A DNA stretch of 64,000 nucleotides from Octopus sinensis (Eukaryota): positions 1-64,000 of the forward strand of contig NW_021832404.1 of assembly GCF_006345805.1 (NCBI RefSeq), written 5' to 3'. The notes under the pieces were generated by a model that worked only from the letters and a program-made list of their open reading frames with translations, searched no databases and was not told where the DNA came from. The position numbers and the translations under genes are program-made. Shown one piece after another: positions 11,660 through 22,207 of the stretch. Positions within the stretch are counted from its first letter, which is position 1, and every line of letters begins with the position of its first letter.

Positions 11660-12890
11660 GTGAGCAATCAACCAGCTAATCAACCACTTAAGCGACCAAC
11701 CAGTCAAGCAAGCAGCCAAACAAGCAAACCACCAACCAACCAACCAACCAACCAATCAGCCAAGCAAGTAAGCAACCAGCCAATCAACCAACAAACCAGC
11801 CAGCCTGCCAGCCATGAACGAACGAATGCAGGAACGAACCAGCCAGCCAACCAACCAACAAACAAATCAGCCAACCAACCAACCAACAAATCAGCCAACC
11901 AACCAAAAAATCAGCCAACCAACCAACCAACCAACCAACCAACCAACCAACCAACCAACCAACCAACCAATCAACCAACCAACAAATCAGCCAACCAACC
12001 AACCAACCAACCAACAAATCAGCCAACCAACCAACCAATCAGCCAACCAACCAACCAACCAACCAACCAACCAACCAACCAACCAACCAACCAACCAACA
12101 AATCAGCCAACCAACCAACCAATCAGCCAACCAACAAATCAGCCAACCAACCAACCAACCAACCAACCAACCAACCGACAAATCAGCCAACCAACCAACC
12201 AACCAACCAACCAACAAACCAACCAACCAACCAACCAACCAACCAACCAACCAACCAACCAACAAATCAGCCAACCAGCCAACCAACCAACCAACCAGCA
12301 AATCAGCCAACCAACCAACCAACCAACCAACCAACCAACCAACCAACCAACCAACCAACCAACCAACAAATCAGTCAACCAGCCAGCCAGCCAGCCAGCC
12401 AGCCAACCAACCAACCAACCAACAAATCAGCCAACCAACCAACCAACCAACCAACCAACCAACCAACAAATCAGCCAACCAACCAACCAACCAACCAACA
12501 AATCAGCCAACCAACCAACCAACCAACAAATCAGCCAACCAACCACCCAACCAACCAACCAACCAACCAACAAATCAGCCAACCAACCAACCAACCAACG
12601 ACCGACCGACCGACAGACCAGCCAACCAATAATCCAAGAATTAGCAGCTGAACCAACTAACCAAGCAAGCAAACAACAACCCCCACTCGATCATCAGACC
12701 GACCGACAGACCGACCAACCGACCGACCGACCGACCGACCGACAGACCGACCGACCGACCGACCGACCGACCGACCCCGACCCCGACCGACCGACCGACC
12801 GACCGACCGACCGACCGACCAACCAACCAGCCAGCCAGCCAGCAGCCAGCCAGCCAGCCAACCAACCAACCAACCAACCAACCAACAAAA
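11660..12890. repeat. 1.2-kb (AACC)n array with recurrent AAATCAGCC interruptions, grading into (GACC)n and (AGCC)n
   Basis: Visible tetranucleotide periodicity; the QPTN ORF is its translation. Confidence 0.95.
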
Positions 12891-13427
12891 TGAAACCAGA
12901 CTAGTTAAAAAAGAACCCACCGACTAACTCTCCTGGACCAAATCAGAACAAACAAGACTAAACCAAACCAACCCAGACCAAACAAGACTAAACCAGTGAA
13001 AACCAGTCTAGTCTATCGTCTGTTTATTCATTTGACTTACTTAAAAGGAAATGAGAAAATCAGACACCAAAATCAAAAATGAGAAAAACTAAAACAAAAA
13101 ACAAAATCGAAGCGAAATGAAAAGCAAATCAATAAATTGTATAATTTAATATTGATATTAAATATGTGTTTAATTCTCTTATGAAAGAATCATCACCATT
13201 TATCATCACAAAGAGGAATATTAAAAAGGCAAACAAATACATATCACACACACACACACACACACACACAACACACACACACACACACACACACAAACAT
13301 ATATATATACATCATATACATGTATACACATCAGATGCATACGCACCTACGTACATAAACACACAGATACATCCATGTGTACATATGCATATATACGCGT
13401 ACATACGTACACACATGGACGCATATA

Positions 13428-13461
13428 TATTTCCGCCATTTTATCGTTAACTTCATCTCAT
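13428..13461 (-). repeat. 34-bp inverted-repeat arm (partner 15532-15565)
   Basis: tatttccgccattttatcgttaacttcatctcat is the exact reverse complement of 15532-15565. Confidence 0.9.
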
Positions 13462-13479
13462 TATATATATATATATATA

Positions 13480-13578
<99 letters not shown>

Positions 13579-13712
13579 TATATATTATATATATATCTAT
13601 ATATATATATATATATATTATATATATTATATATATATATATGTATATATATATATGCATGCATACGAATATATGTATATACGTATATATATATACATAT
13701 ATTCATATATGT

Positions 13713-13749
<37 letters not shown>

Positions 13750-13940
13750 CATAATGTATACGTTTATATGCGTATGGTGTATACATACTTAGGTACATGC
13801 ATACACATACCCTCACACACACACATATATATATACATGCAAGCATACTTTTAAGCAAACATATATTCATGCATGCATCCATGCATCCATGCATCCATGC
13901 ATCCATCCATCCATCCATCCATACATACATACATACAATT
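13462..13940. repeat. (TA)n, (CATC)n and (CATA)n microsatellites
   Basis: Visible runs. Confidence 0.9.
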
Positions 13941-14252
13941 AAGAATCGTAATGATTGAAGTAAAAAGCATTCAATGTAACGTATATATATTTATATATAT
14001 ATCATTTCTATAGAAATATCAGTGGGTAATGATGCAGCAACCACAGCAATAACAAGACCAATAAAGCCGACAACAACTACGGCGACGACGATGACAAAAG
14101 TAGTTACAAAAAAAAGGCGAAGAAAGAAATGAAGAAGCCCTTGAGGAATGATAATAAAAAGCCAGAGAGAACCACCGAGTAGGGTTAATGGGCGCCGACT
14201 CTGTAATTTATATGAAATTATTATTTATATACAAATATTAGAAAGCAATATG

Positions 14253-14283
<31 letters not shown>

Positions 14284-14571
14284 TGAACTATAATGAAAAT
14301 AATTGTAATAATCAGAAGAAGACGAAGAAAAGGAAGAGAAAGCTAAAGAGTATATATATATATAAATACATGTATATATACTGATGTATATGTATAGATG
14401 TATTTCTATAGATATACATGTATATGTAAACATGTATGTCTAGATGTATATATAGATGTACATGTAATATGTACACATATATATATACACATATATACAT
14501 GCATACATATATACACCCATACACACATACCGATACAAACATCTCACCCACCCACCCACCCACACACACAC

Positions 14572-14672
14572 AGGTGCAGGTGTGGCTGTGTGGTAACAAA
14601 CTTGGTTCCAAAACACTTGGTCCTCAGTTCAATCCCACTGTGTAGTAACTTGGCATGTGTCTTCTGCTATAG
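14572..14672 (+). mobile_element. SINE head plus CORE-like part, 3'-truncated
   Basis: tggctgtgtggt (A box), cagttcaatcc (B box), then ttggcatgtgtcttctgctatagc as at 5552. Confidence 0.7.
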
Positions 14673-14717
14673 CAACATACCAGCCACAAATAAATTTAGT
14701 GGAGGCAAAGATGCTAT

Positions 14718-14905
14718 GGCGACTATACACAGCTACTAGCCCACAGTCGACGCCATGGCAACCAGAGCTCGCTCTGGGAGACATTGGGGCGACTGTACAC
14801 AGCTACCAGCCCACAGTCGATGCCATGGCGACCAGAGCTCGCTCTGGGCGACATTGGGGCGACTGTACACAGCTACCAGCCCACAGTCGACGCTATGACG
14901 ACCAG
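14718..14905 (+). repeat. GC-rich 70-bp minisatellite, ~2.7 copies, with internal hairpins
   Basis: Units start at 14718, 14788 and 14858; contains cgactgt/acagtcg, gccatggc and ccagagc-tc-gctctgg dyads. Confidence 0.9.
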
Positions 14906-15458
14906 TTGCAAAGTGTTGAGTAAAGTTATTTGATTGCAGACCTCCTTTCAGTATTTTTATTATCACACGGTCACACATAGTCCCCAGATGGTAACATTGA
15001 TTACAAGGCCTTCCCAGATGAGTGACTGGTTATTCAAAGACATTTATAGATTTTAAATTCATTCTGTCCAGTTACGTATCAGTATAGTGGTTATTTGCAA
15101 ACTCCAGAGGTGACACTTTAATTTCTCCTAAGCCCTCACGTCACACAGTTGTTAATGTTGATTTCAGTTGGTTCACGCCCTTCCAATTGCTATAGATTCG
15201 TAATGCATCTTACGGCTGTGCCTGACACCTGGATGGTGAGGAATCCTATATTGGGAGTGGTAACGACTAGGGTAGGATAACTGACTGCTTATTGTGATCA
15301 TTCGTCTTTTGGTTTCCATGTGGTACGATTACAATTTTTTTAGGGTGTGTAAAGAGGGAAATAACCCTTATCTGCAATTTTGATTAAATTCGAAACATAG
15401 ATATTCCAGTTCATTCAGAAAATATAACAGAAAAGTCTAATTCTTCAATTGAATGTAA

Positions 15459-15484
15459 CCGGGCAACGCTGGGTATCTCTGCAA

Positions 15485-15485
<1 letters not shown>
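15459..15485 (+). mobile_element. Helitron-like 3' terminus
   Basis: ccgggcaacgctgggtatctctgcaag|t: imperfect GC hairpin followed shortly by a CTAG-like (CAAG) end and T. Confidence 0.55.
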
Positions 15486-15531
<46 letters not shown>

Positions 15532-15534
<3 letters not shown>

Positions 15535-15565
15535 AGATGAAGTTAACGATAAAATGGCGGAAATA
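15532..15565 (+). repeat. 34-bp inverted-repeat arm (partner 13428-13461)
   Basis: atgagatgaagttaacgataaaatggcggaaata. Confidence 0.9.
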
Positions 15566-15615
15566 GACCATTGTTTGTGTGTTTAGAGTTAGAGATTTTA
15601 ATTTGTGTTGGGATA

Positions 15616-15798
15616 ATGTATGTATGTATGTGTGTATGTATGTATGTATGTTTGTATGTATGTATGTTTGTATATATGTATGTATGTATGTTTGTATATA
15701 TGTATCTATGTATATATGTATGTTTGTATATATGTATGTATGTTTTTATATATGTATGTATGTGTGTGTGTATGTATGTATGTATGTATGTATGTTTG

Positions 15799-15829
<31 letters not shown>

Positions 15830-15907
15830 ATATGTATGTATGTTTGTATATATGTATGTATGTTTGTATATATGTATGTTTGTGTGTGTATGTGTGTGTG
15901 TGTGTGT
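15616..15907. repeat. (TATG)n/(TG)n microsatellite
   Basis: Visible run. Confidence 0.95.
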
Positions 15908-16498
15908 CTGTAAGTTCTCGTCTGTTTTTGATTATTTGAAATCTTCCTGTAAGAAAGGAACTGGTTTCTAACAAAGGTATATCATTCCATCGTCTGAATG
16001 TAGGTAACAAAAGCAAATTTACATTTTGATCTTGAGAAATGTCTTGCATATTTTTACTGTTCCATCTACAGATTGTATTTGTAATGTGCATGGTAGCCGG
16101 TTCGTTTCTTTGTCTGAAAAATTTAGCTTATTCAGATTGTACTTAGACATTTATTCATACAACCAAGTGCTCCATATTCTCAAGATGTGAATTTATAATC
16201 GGGTTATAGAAGCTGGAGATTTCGAAGCAGTTGCCTGTAGTTATCCTCTTTCTCTTTCATTTTCGAAGAGTCATTCACAACAACAGGGACGAGCATATTT
16301 TTTCTTGGCCTGTCCAAAACAATATCCGGCTTGTTATATTTGCACTTGGTAGAAGTTTTGATAGGAATGCTCCACCAATATTCCTTATGTTTATGTATGT
16401 ATTCAATAACAGGATTCCTTAAATTTATACCAGGGCAGCCCTTTTTAATTGGAAGGTTTTGTTTATTGTTTTAGCGACAACGTTATGTTACGTTAGGT

Positions 16499-16699
16499 CA
16501 GTGCTTTTCAACATTTTTGCTGGAGTGGAACCCCAAGGAGACATTCCACTGGCTCGAGGAACCCCTGTGCAATAATTTAATAGTCTTATACACACATATC
16601 TGCACAGGAGAATTAAAAATTACTGCCGATTTTAGCAGTTTTGTAACTTCTTGCGGAACCTCTGGACTGTACTGGCGGAACCCTGGTTGAAAACCACTG
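16499..16699. mobile_element. hAT-superfamily MITE, 201 bp, intact ends
   Basis: TIRs cagtgcttttcaac / gttgaaaaccactg (13/14); perfect 8-bp TSD cgttaggt at 16491-16498 and 16700-16707. Confidence 0.95.
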
Positions 16700-16874
16700 C
16701 GTTAGGTAGTAATACCTTGGTAGCATTTTTAGCAGCAGCTGGTCGCATATGTGGTGTCTTCTAGAGAAATGTGGCATAATCTATATTTTCGGTTGCATCA
16801 AAAGTTTCACTGTCTCTTGTTTATTGTTTTGTAGCAGTCTTGTTCTTTGACTACCAATGCATAGTCTTCGAAGT

Positions 16875-17255
16875 TTTTTTTTGGAAGCACTCCGTCGGTT
16901 ACGACGATGAGGGTTCCGGTTGATCCGAATCAACGGAACAGCCTGCTCGTGAAATTAACGTGTAAGTGGCTGAGCATTCCACAGACACGTGCACCCTTAA
17001 TGTAGTTCAGCGTGACACAGAGAGTGACAAGGCCGGCCCCTTGAAATACAGGTACAACAGAAACAAGAAGTAAGAGTGAGAGAAAGTTGTGGTGAAAGAG
17101 TACAGCAGGGATCACCACCATCCCCTGCCAGAGCGTCGTGGAGCTTTTAGGTGTTTTCGCTCAATAAAAACTCGCAACGCCCGGTCTGGGAATCGAAACC
17201 GCGATCCTATGACCGCGAGTCCGCTGCCCTAACCACTGGGACATTGCGCCTCCAC
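16875..17255 (-). mobile_element. Full-length tRNA-derived SINE with poly(A) tail and 12-bp TSD
   Basis: Minus-strand head gtggaggcgcaatgtcccagtggttagggcagcg...ggtttcgattccc; T-run at 16875; TSD agtcttcgaagt at 16863-16874 and 17256-17267. Confidence 0.92.
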
Positions 17256-17507
17256 AGTCTTCGAAGTATGATGTAACCGTTACGAGTCCAAGTGAGGCAA
17301 GTGTCGTTATTATTGCTGACTTCAAGTCATCAGTAAACATACTCATACATAGTCATTGTTTGGTATGCTGAGCGTTTCTCATCCAGGTCTTTGAGGTACG
17401 TTGGTCTAGCTGTTTCTGAGGTTGTAAGGGAGATCACCAAGAAGAGAATACTTCCCGAGGGGCTCACTGCTGATATGCATGATGTTGTTCTCTTCGCTTT
17501 TCAGATT

Positions 17508-17589
<82 letters not shown>

Positions 17590-17675
17590 ATATATATATA
17601 TTGGTAAAAACGGTATGATAACAAAAGAAAGAAAGATACCTCAATATTATGTAAATAGAGGAAATTTATCTATAA

Positions 17676-17853
17676 AATAATATGTTACAATTATTCAATA
17701 GTCAAGATAAAACTCTGAGTTTCAGATGCCGAAGTGGAAATCCACAACACCATCTCTTCGGTTATAACCAGATAACCGAAGAGATGGTGTTGTGGATTTC
17801 CACTTCGGCATCTGAAACTCAGAGTTTTATCTTGACTATGAATAATTGTAACA

Positions 17854-17860
<7 letters not shown>
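17676..17860. repeat. Near-perfect 185-bp palindrome (~90-bp arms, 6-nt loop), probably an inverted Penelope pLTR pair
   Basis: 17676-17765 is the reverse complement of 17772-17860 with a single 1-nt indel; right arm contains a hammerhead-like motif. Confidence 0.9.
17770..17832 (+). ncRNA. Type I hammerhead ribozyme-like motif (core U4C variant, probably degenerate)
   Basis: AGATAA-CCGAAGA-[stem II with gtgga/tccac]-GAAA-CTC A GAG-T-T-TTATCT: 6-bp stem I, near-palindromic stem III. Confidence 0.5.
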
Positions 17861-17898
<38 letters not shown>

Positions 17899-18221
17899 TT
17901 ATATATATATATACAGAAAGCGAGAGAGAAAGATAAAGAAAGAAAGAAAGGAAGGAAGGAAGGAAGAAGAAAGAAAGAAAGAGAGGATAGTTATAATCCT
18001 GACAATCGCCTCAGTACATGCTAAATCTTGGCTACGGTAGTATTCCACAATCAAAAGGAGATCCGTAAGATTTCGATTGATATAAGTAAGAACCCTATAC
18101 AACTCTAAAATCCAGTGGGATTAAAATAAACCCACAGAATGAAGAATGTGTGGGGGAGTGTCTATATGTGCGTGTGTGCGTGTGTGTGTATTTATCTATG
18201 TATGTGTGTCATTCCGTTTGT

Positions 18222-18425
18222 GTTAGTCTCTCACCACCGCTTGGCAACCACCGTTGGTTTGTATGCGTCCCCGTTAGTTAGCCGTTTCGGCATAAGAAGC
18301 CGACAGAATAAGTACCAAACCTTAAAAAATATATAAATATTGGGGTCGATTCGACTAAAACCTTCCAAGACAGTGTCCCAGCAAAGCCGCATTCCAATGA
18401 CTGATACACGTAAACCGTAACAGAA
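18222..18425 (+). mobile_element. Diverged SINE 3' half
   Basis: ccgacagaataagtacca...ggggtcgattcgactaaaa...cccagcaaagccgca..aatgactga, as in 5780-5885. Confidence 0.7.
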
Positions 18426-18547
18426 AAGGATGCTAAAAACAGCTGGATTTAACATTTCCAGCTGACACAGGAATAAAATTTGGCCAAAAGAAGTGTTAGT
18501 AATTGATTATTGAACGTTGAAAATCACTCCCCCAGACACAAAACGGT

Positions 18548-19625
18548 CCCTTTATCTCTGTCGGCACCCTCTTTGATCTCTTTCGACACCCGCTTTGATC
18601 TCTTTCGGTACTCCTCTTTCATCTCTGTCGGCACACGCTTTGATCTTTGTCAGTACTCCTCTTCGGTCACTGTCGACACCCTCTTTAATCTCTTTCGGTA
18701 CTCCTCTTTGATCTCTGTCGGCACCCTCTTTGATCTCCTTCGACACCCTCTTTGATCTCTTTCGGCAGCCTCTTTGATCTCTGATCGAAAGAGATCAAAG
18801 AGGGTGTCGACAGACATCAAAGGGGTTGCCGACAGAGACCAAAGAGGAGTACCGAAAAAGATCTCCTTCGGTACTCCTCTTTCATCTCTGCCGACATCAT
18901 CTTTGATCTTTTTCGGCACTCCTCTTTGATCTCTGTCGGCACACTCTTTGATCTATGTCGGCAACTTCTTTGATATTTTTCGGTACTCCTCTTTGATCCC
19001 TGTCGGCCCTTCTTTGATCTCTTTCGGCACCCTCTTTGATCTCTGTCGGCACTCTCTTTGATATCTGTCGGCACCTTCTTTGATCTTTTCGGTACTCCTC
19101 TTTCATCTCTTTCGGCACACTCTTTGATCTATGTCGGCACCCCATTGATCTTTTTCGGTACTCCTCTTTGGTCTCTGTCGGCAAGCTCTTTGATCTCTGT
19201 CGGCACCCTATTTGATCTCTTTCGACAACCTCTTAGATCTCTTTCGGCACTCCTTTTTCATCTCTTTCGGCATTCCTCTTTGATCTCTTTCGGCACCCTA
19301 TTTGATCTCTGTAGGCATCCTCTTTGATCTCTGTCGGTACACTATTTGATCTTTTTCGGTACTCCTCTTTGATCTCTGTCGGCACCGTCTTTGATCTATG
19401 TCGGCCCCTCTTTGATCTATTTCGGCACCTCTTTGATCTCTGTCGGCCCTTATTTAATCTCTTTCGACACCCTCTTTGATCTCTGTCGGCACCCTCTTTG
19501 ATCTCTGTCGGCACATTCTTTGATCTTTTTCGGTACTCCTCATTCATCTCTTTCGGCACTCTTTGATCTCTGTCGGCACCTCTTTGATCTTTTTCGGTAC
19601 TCCTCTTTGGTCTCTGTCGGGACCA
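18548..19625 (+). repeat. Unit A array (tctttgatctctgtcggcacc / tctttgatctctttcggtactcc)
   Basis: ~22-25-bp tandem periodicity; local inversion at ~18786-18863. Confidence 0.95.
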
Positions 19626-19634
19626 TCTTGACAT

Positions 19635-19753
19635 TTGAACCGGTTCGATCAGGTTTGAACCAGTTTGAACCGGTTTGATCCGGTTTGAACCGGTTTGATC
19701 GGTTTGATCCGGTTTGAACCGGTTTGAACCGGATCAAACCGGTTCAAACCGGT
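19635..19753. repeat. First unit B block ((TTGAACCGGT/TTGATCCGGT)n); others at ~19910-20021, 20831-20972, 21220-21391, 22428-22600, 23571-23771, 24751-24932, 25269-25410
   Basis: 10-bp periodicity centred on CCGG. Confidence 0.95.
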
Positions 19754-20175
19754 TCTTTGATCTCTGTCGACACCGTCTTTGATCTCTGACATTCCTGACA
19801 TTCCTGACATTCCTGACATTATAGACATTCCTGACATTCCAGACATTCCTGACATTCCAGACATTCCTGACATTCCAGACATTCCTGACATTCCGGACAT
19901 TCCAGACATACGAACCGGTTCGATCAGGGTTGATCAAATTTGAACCGATTTGATCCGGTTTCAACCGGTTTGAACCGGTTTGAGCCGGTTTGATCCGGTT
20001 TGATTCGGTTTGTACCGGTTTGTCGGTACCGTCTCTGATCTTTGTCGGCACACTCTTTGATCTCTGTCGGAACCGTCTTTGATCTTTGCCGGCACACTAT
20101 TTGATCTCTGACGGCACCGTCTTTGATCTCTGTCGGCACCGTCTTTGATCTCTGTCGGTACCGACTTTGACCTCT

Positions 20176-20670
20176 GACATTCCTGACATTCCAAACATTG
20201 CAGACATTGCAGACATTGCAGACATTGCAGACATTGCAGACATTCCTGACATTCCGAACATTCCAGACATTCCTGACATTCCTGGCATTCGAGACATTCC
20301 TGATATTCCGAACATTCCAGACATTCCTGGCATTCAAGACATTCCAGACATTCCAGACATTCCTGACATTCCAGACATTCCTAACATTCCAGACATTCTA
20401 GACATTCCTGACATTCCCGACATTCCCGACATTCCAAACATTCCTGACATTCCTGACATTCCAGATATTCCTGACATTCCAGATATTACTGACATTCCAG
20501 ATATTCCTGACATTCCAGACATTTCAGATATTCCTGACATTCCAGACATCCCAAACATTCCAGCTATTACTGACATTCCTGACATTTATGATATTCCTGA
20601 AATTCCAGACATTCCAGACATTCCTGAAATTCCTGGCATTCGAGACATTCCTGACATTCCAGACATTCCT
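20176..20670 (+). repeat. Longest unit C block ((GACATTCCW)n); ~12 such blocks between 19788 and 25697
   Basis: 9-bp periodicity, gacattcct/gacattcca. Confidence 0.95.
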
Positions 20671-21712
20671 CGTTTATCTCTGTCGGCACCGTCTTTGATC
20701 TCTGTCGGCACCGTCTTTGATCTCTGACATTCCTGACATTCCAAACATTCATGACATTCCAGACATTCCTGACATTCCAGACATTCCTGACATTCCAGAC
20801 ATTCCAGACATTCCAGACATTCCTGACATTCTGAACCGGTTCGATATGGCTTGATCCAGGTTGAACCGGTTTGATCTGGTTTGATCCGGTTTGAACCGAT
20901 TTGATCTGGTTTGAACCGGTTTGATTCGGTTTGAACCGGTTTGATCCGGTTTGATCCGGTTTGTACCGGTTTATCGGCACCGTCTTTGATCTTTGTCGGC
21001 ACACTCTTTGATCTATGATATTCCTGGCATTCCTTACATTCTAGACATTCCCGACATTCCCGACATTCATGACATTCCAGGCATTCCTGACATTCCAGAC
21101 ATTCCAGACATTGCTAACATTGCTGACATTCCAAACATTCCTGATATTCCAGACATTCCTGACATTCCTGACATTCCAGACATTCCAGACATTCCTGACA
21201 TTCCTGACATTCCTGACATTTGAACCGGTTCGATATGGCTTGATCGAGGTTGAACCGGTTTGATCTGGTTTGATCCGGTTTGAACCGATTTGATCTGGTT
21301 TGAACCGGTTTGATACGGTCTGAACCGGTTTGATCCGGTTTGATCCGGATTCAACCGGTTTGATCCGGTTTGAACCGGTTTAATCTGGTTTATCGGCACC
21401 GACTTTGATCTTTGTCGGCACACACTTTGATCTCTGACATTCCTGACATTCCAGATATTCCTGACATTTCAGACATTCCTGACATTCCTTACATTCCAGA
21501 CATTCCGAACATTCCAGACATTCCTGACATTCCTGATATTCCTGACATTCTAGACATTCCTGACTTTCCAGACATTCCTAACATTCCAGACATTCCTGAC
21601 ATTCAAGACATTCCAGACATTCCTTACATTCCAGACATTCCCGACATTCCACACATTCCTGGCATTCCAGACATTCCTGACATTCCAGATATTCCAGACA
21701 TTCCAGAAATTC

Positions 21713-22207
21713 CTCTTTGCCGAAACAGAGATGAAAGAGAAGTACCGACAGAGATCAAAGAAGGTGCCGACAGAGATCAAAGAGGGTGCCGAAAGAGATC
21801 AAATAAGGGCCGACAGAGATCAAAGAGGTTGCCGACAGAGACAAAAGAGGAGTACCGAAAAAGATCAAAGAGGGTACCGACAGAGATCAAAGAGGGTGCC
21901 GACAGAGATCAAAGAGGAGTACCGACAGAGATCAAAGAAGGTGCCGACAGAGATCAAAGAGGGTGCCCACAGAGATCAAAGAAGGTGCCGAAAGTGATCA
22001 AAGAGGAGTACCGAAAAAGATCAAAGAGGAATACCAAAAGAGATCAAAGAGGGTACCGACAGAGATCAAAGAAGGTACGAAAGAGATCAAAGAGGACTAC
22101 CGAAAGAGATCAAATAATGTGCCGACAGAGATTAAAGAGGGTGCCGAAAGAGATCAAAGAAGGGCCGACAGAGATCAAAGAGGAGTACCGAAAATGATCA
22201 AAGCTGG
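21713..22207 (-). repeat. Inverted unit A block (repeated at ~22778-23180 and ~23957-24358)
   Basis: gccgacagagatcaaagagggt is the reverse complement of unit A. Confidence 0.95.

Larger units (their letters stand above)
15908..17505 (-). mobile_element. 5'-truncated, degenerate R4/Dong-like non-LTR retrotransposon (CCHC knuckle plus restriction-like endonuclease), interrupted by a MITE and a SINE
   Basis: With the inserts removed, minus-strand pieces read VTSYFEDYALVVKEQD; CNRKYRLCHISLEDTTYATSC (decayed CRLC..E...H...C); HNVVAKTI; EYWWSIPIKTSTKCKYNKPDIVL (RPD-like motif); EKEDNYRQL..GALG; LQIQSVDGTVKICKTF..* (stop 16019-16021). Confidence 0.8.

Noticed and set aside
11627-12904. 425-aa QPTN-rich ORF
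   Set aside because: Translation of an (AACC)n microsatellite, open in several frames on both strands.
18548-19625. CRISPR-like or iteron-like array
   Set aside because: No unique spacers and no cas or rep genes; eukaryotic repeat context.
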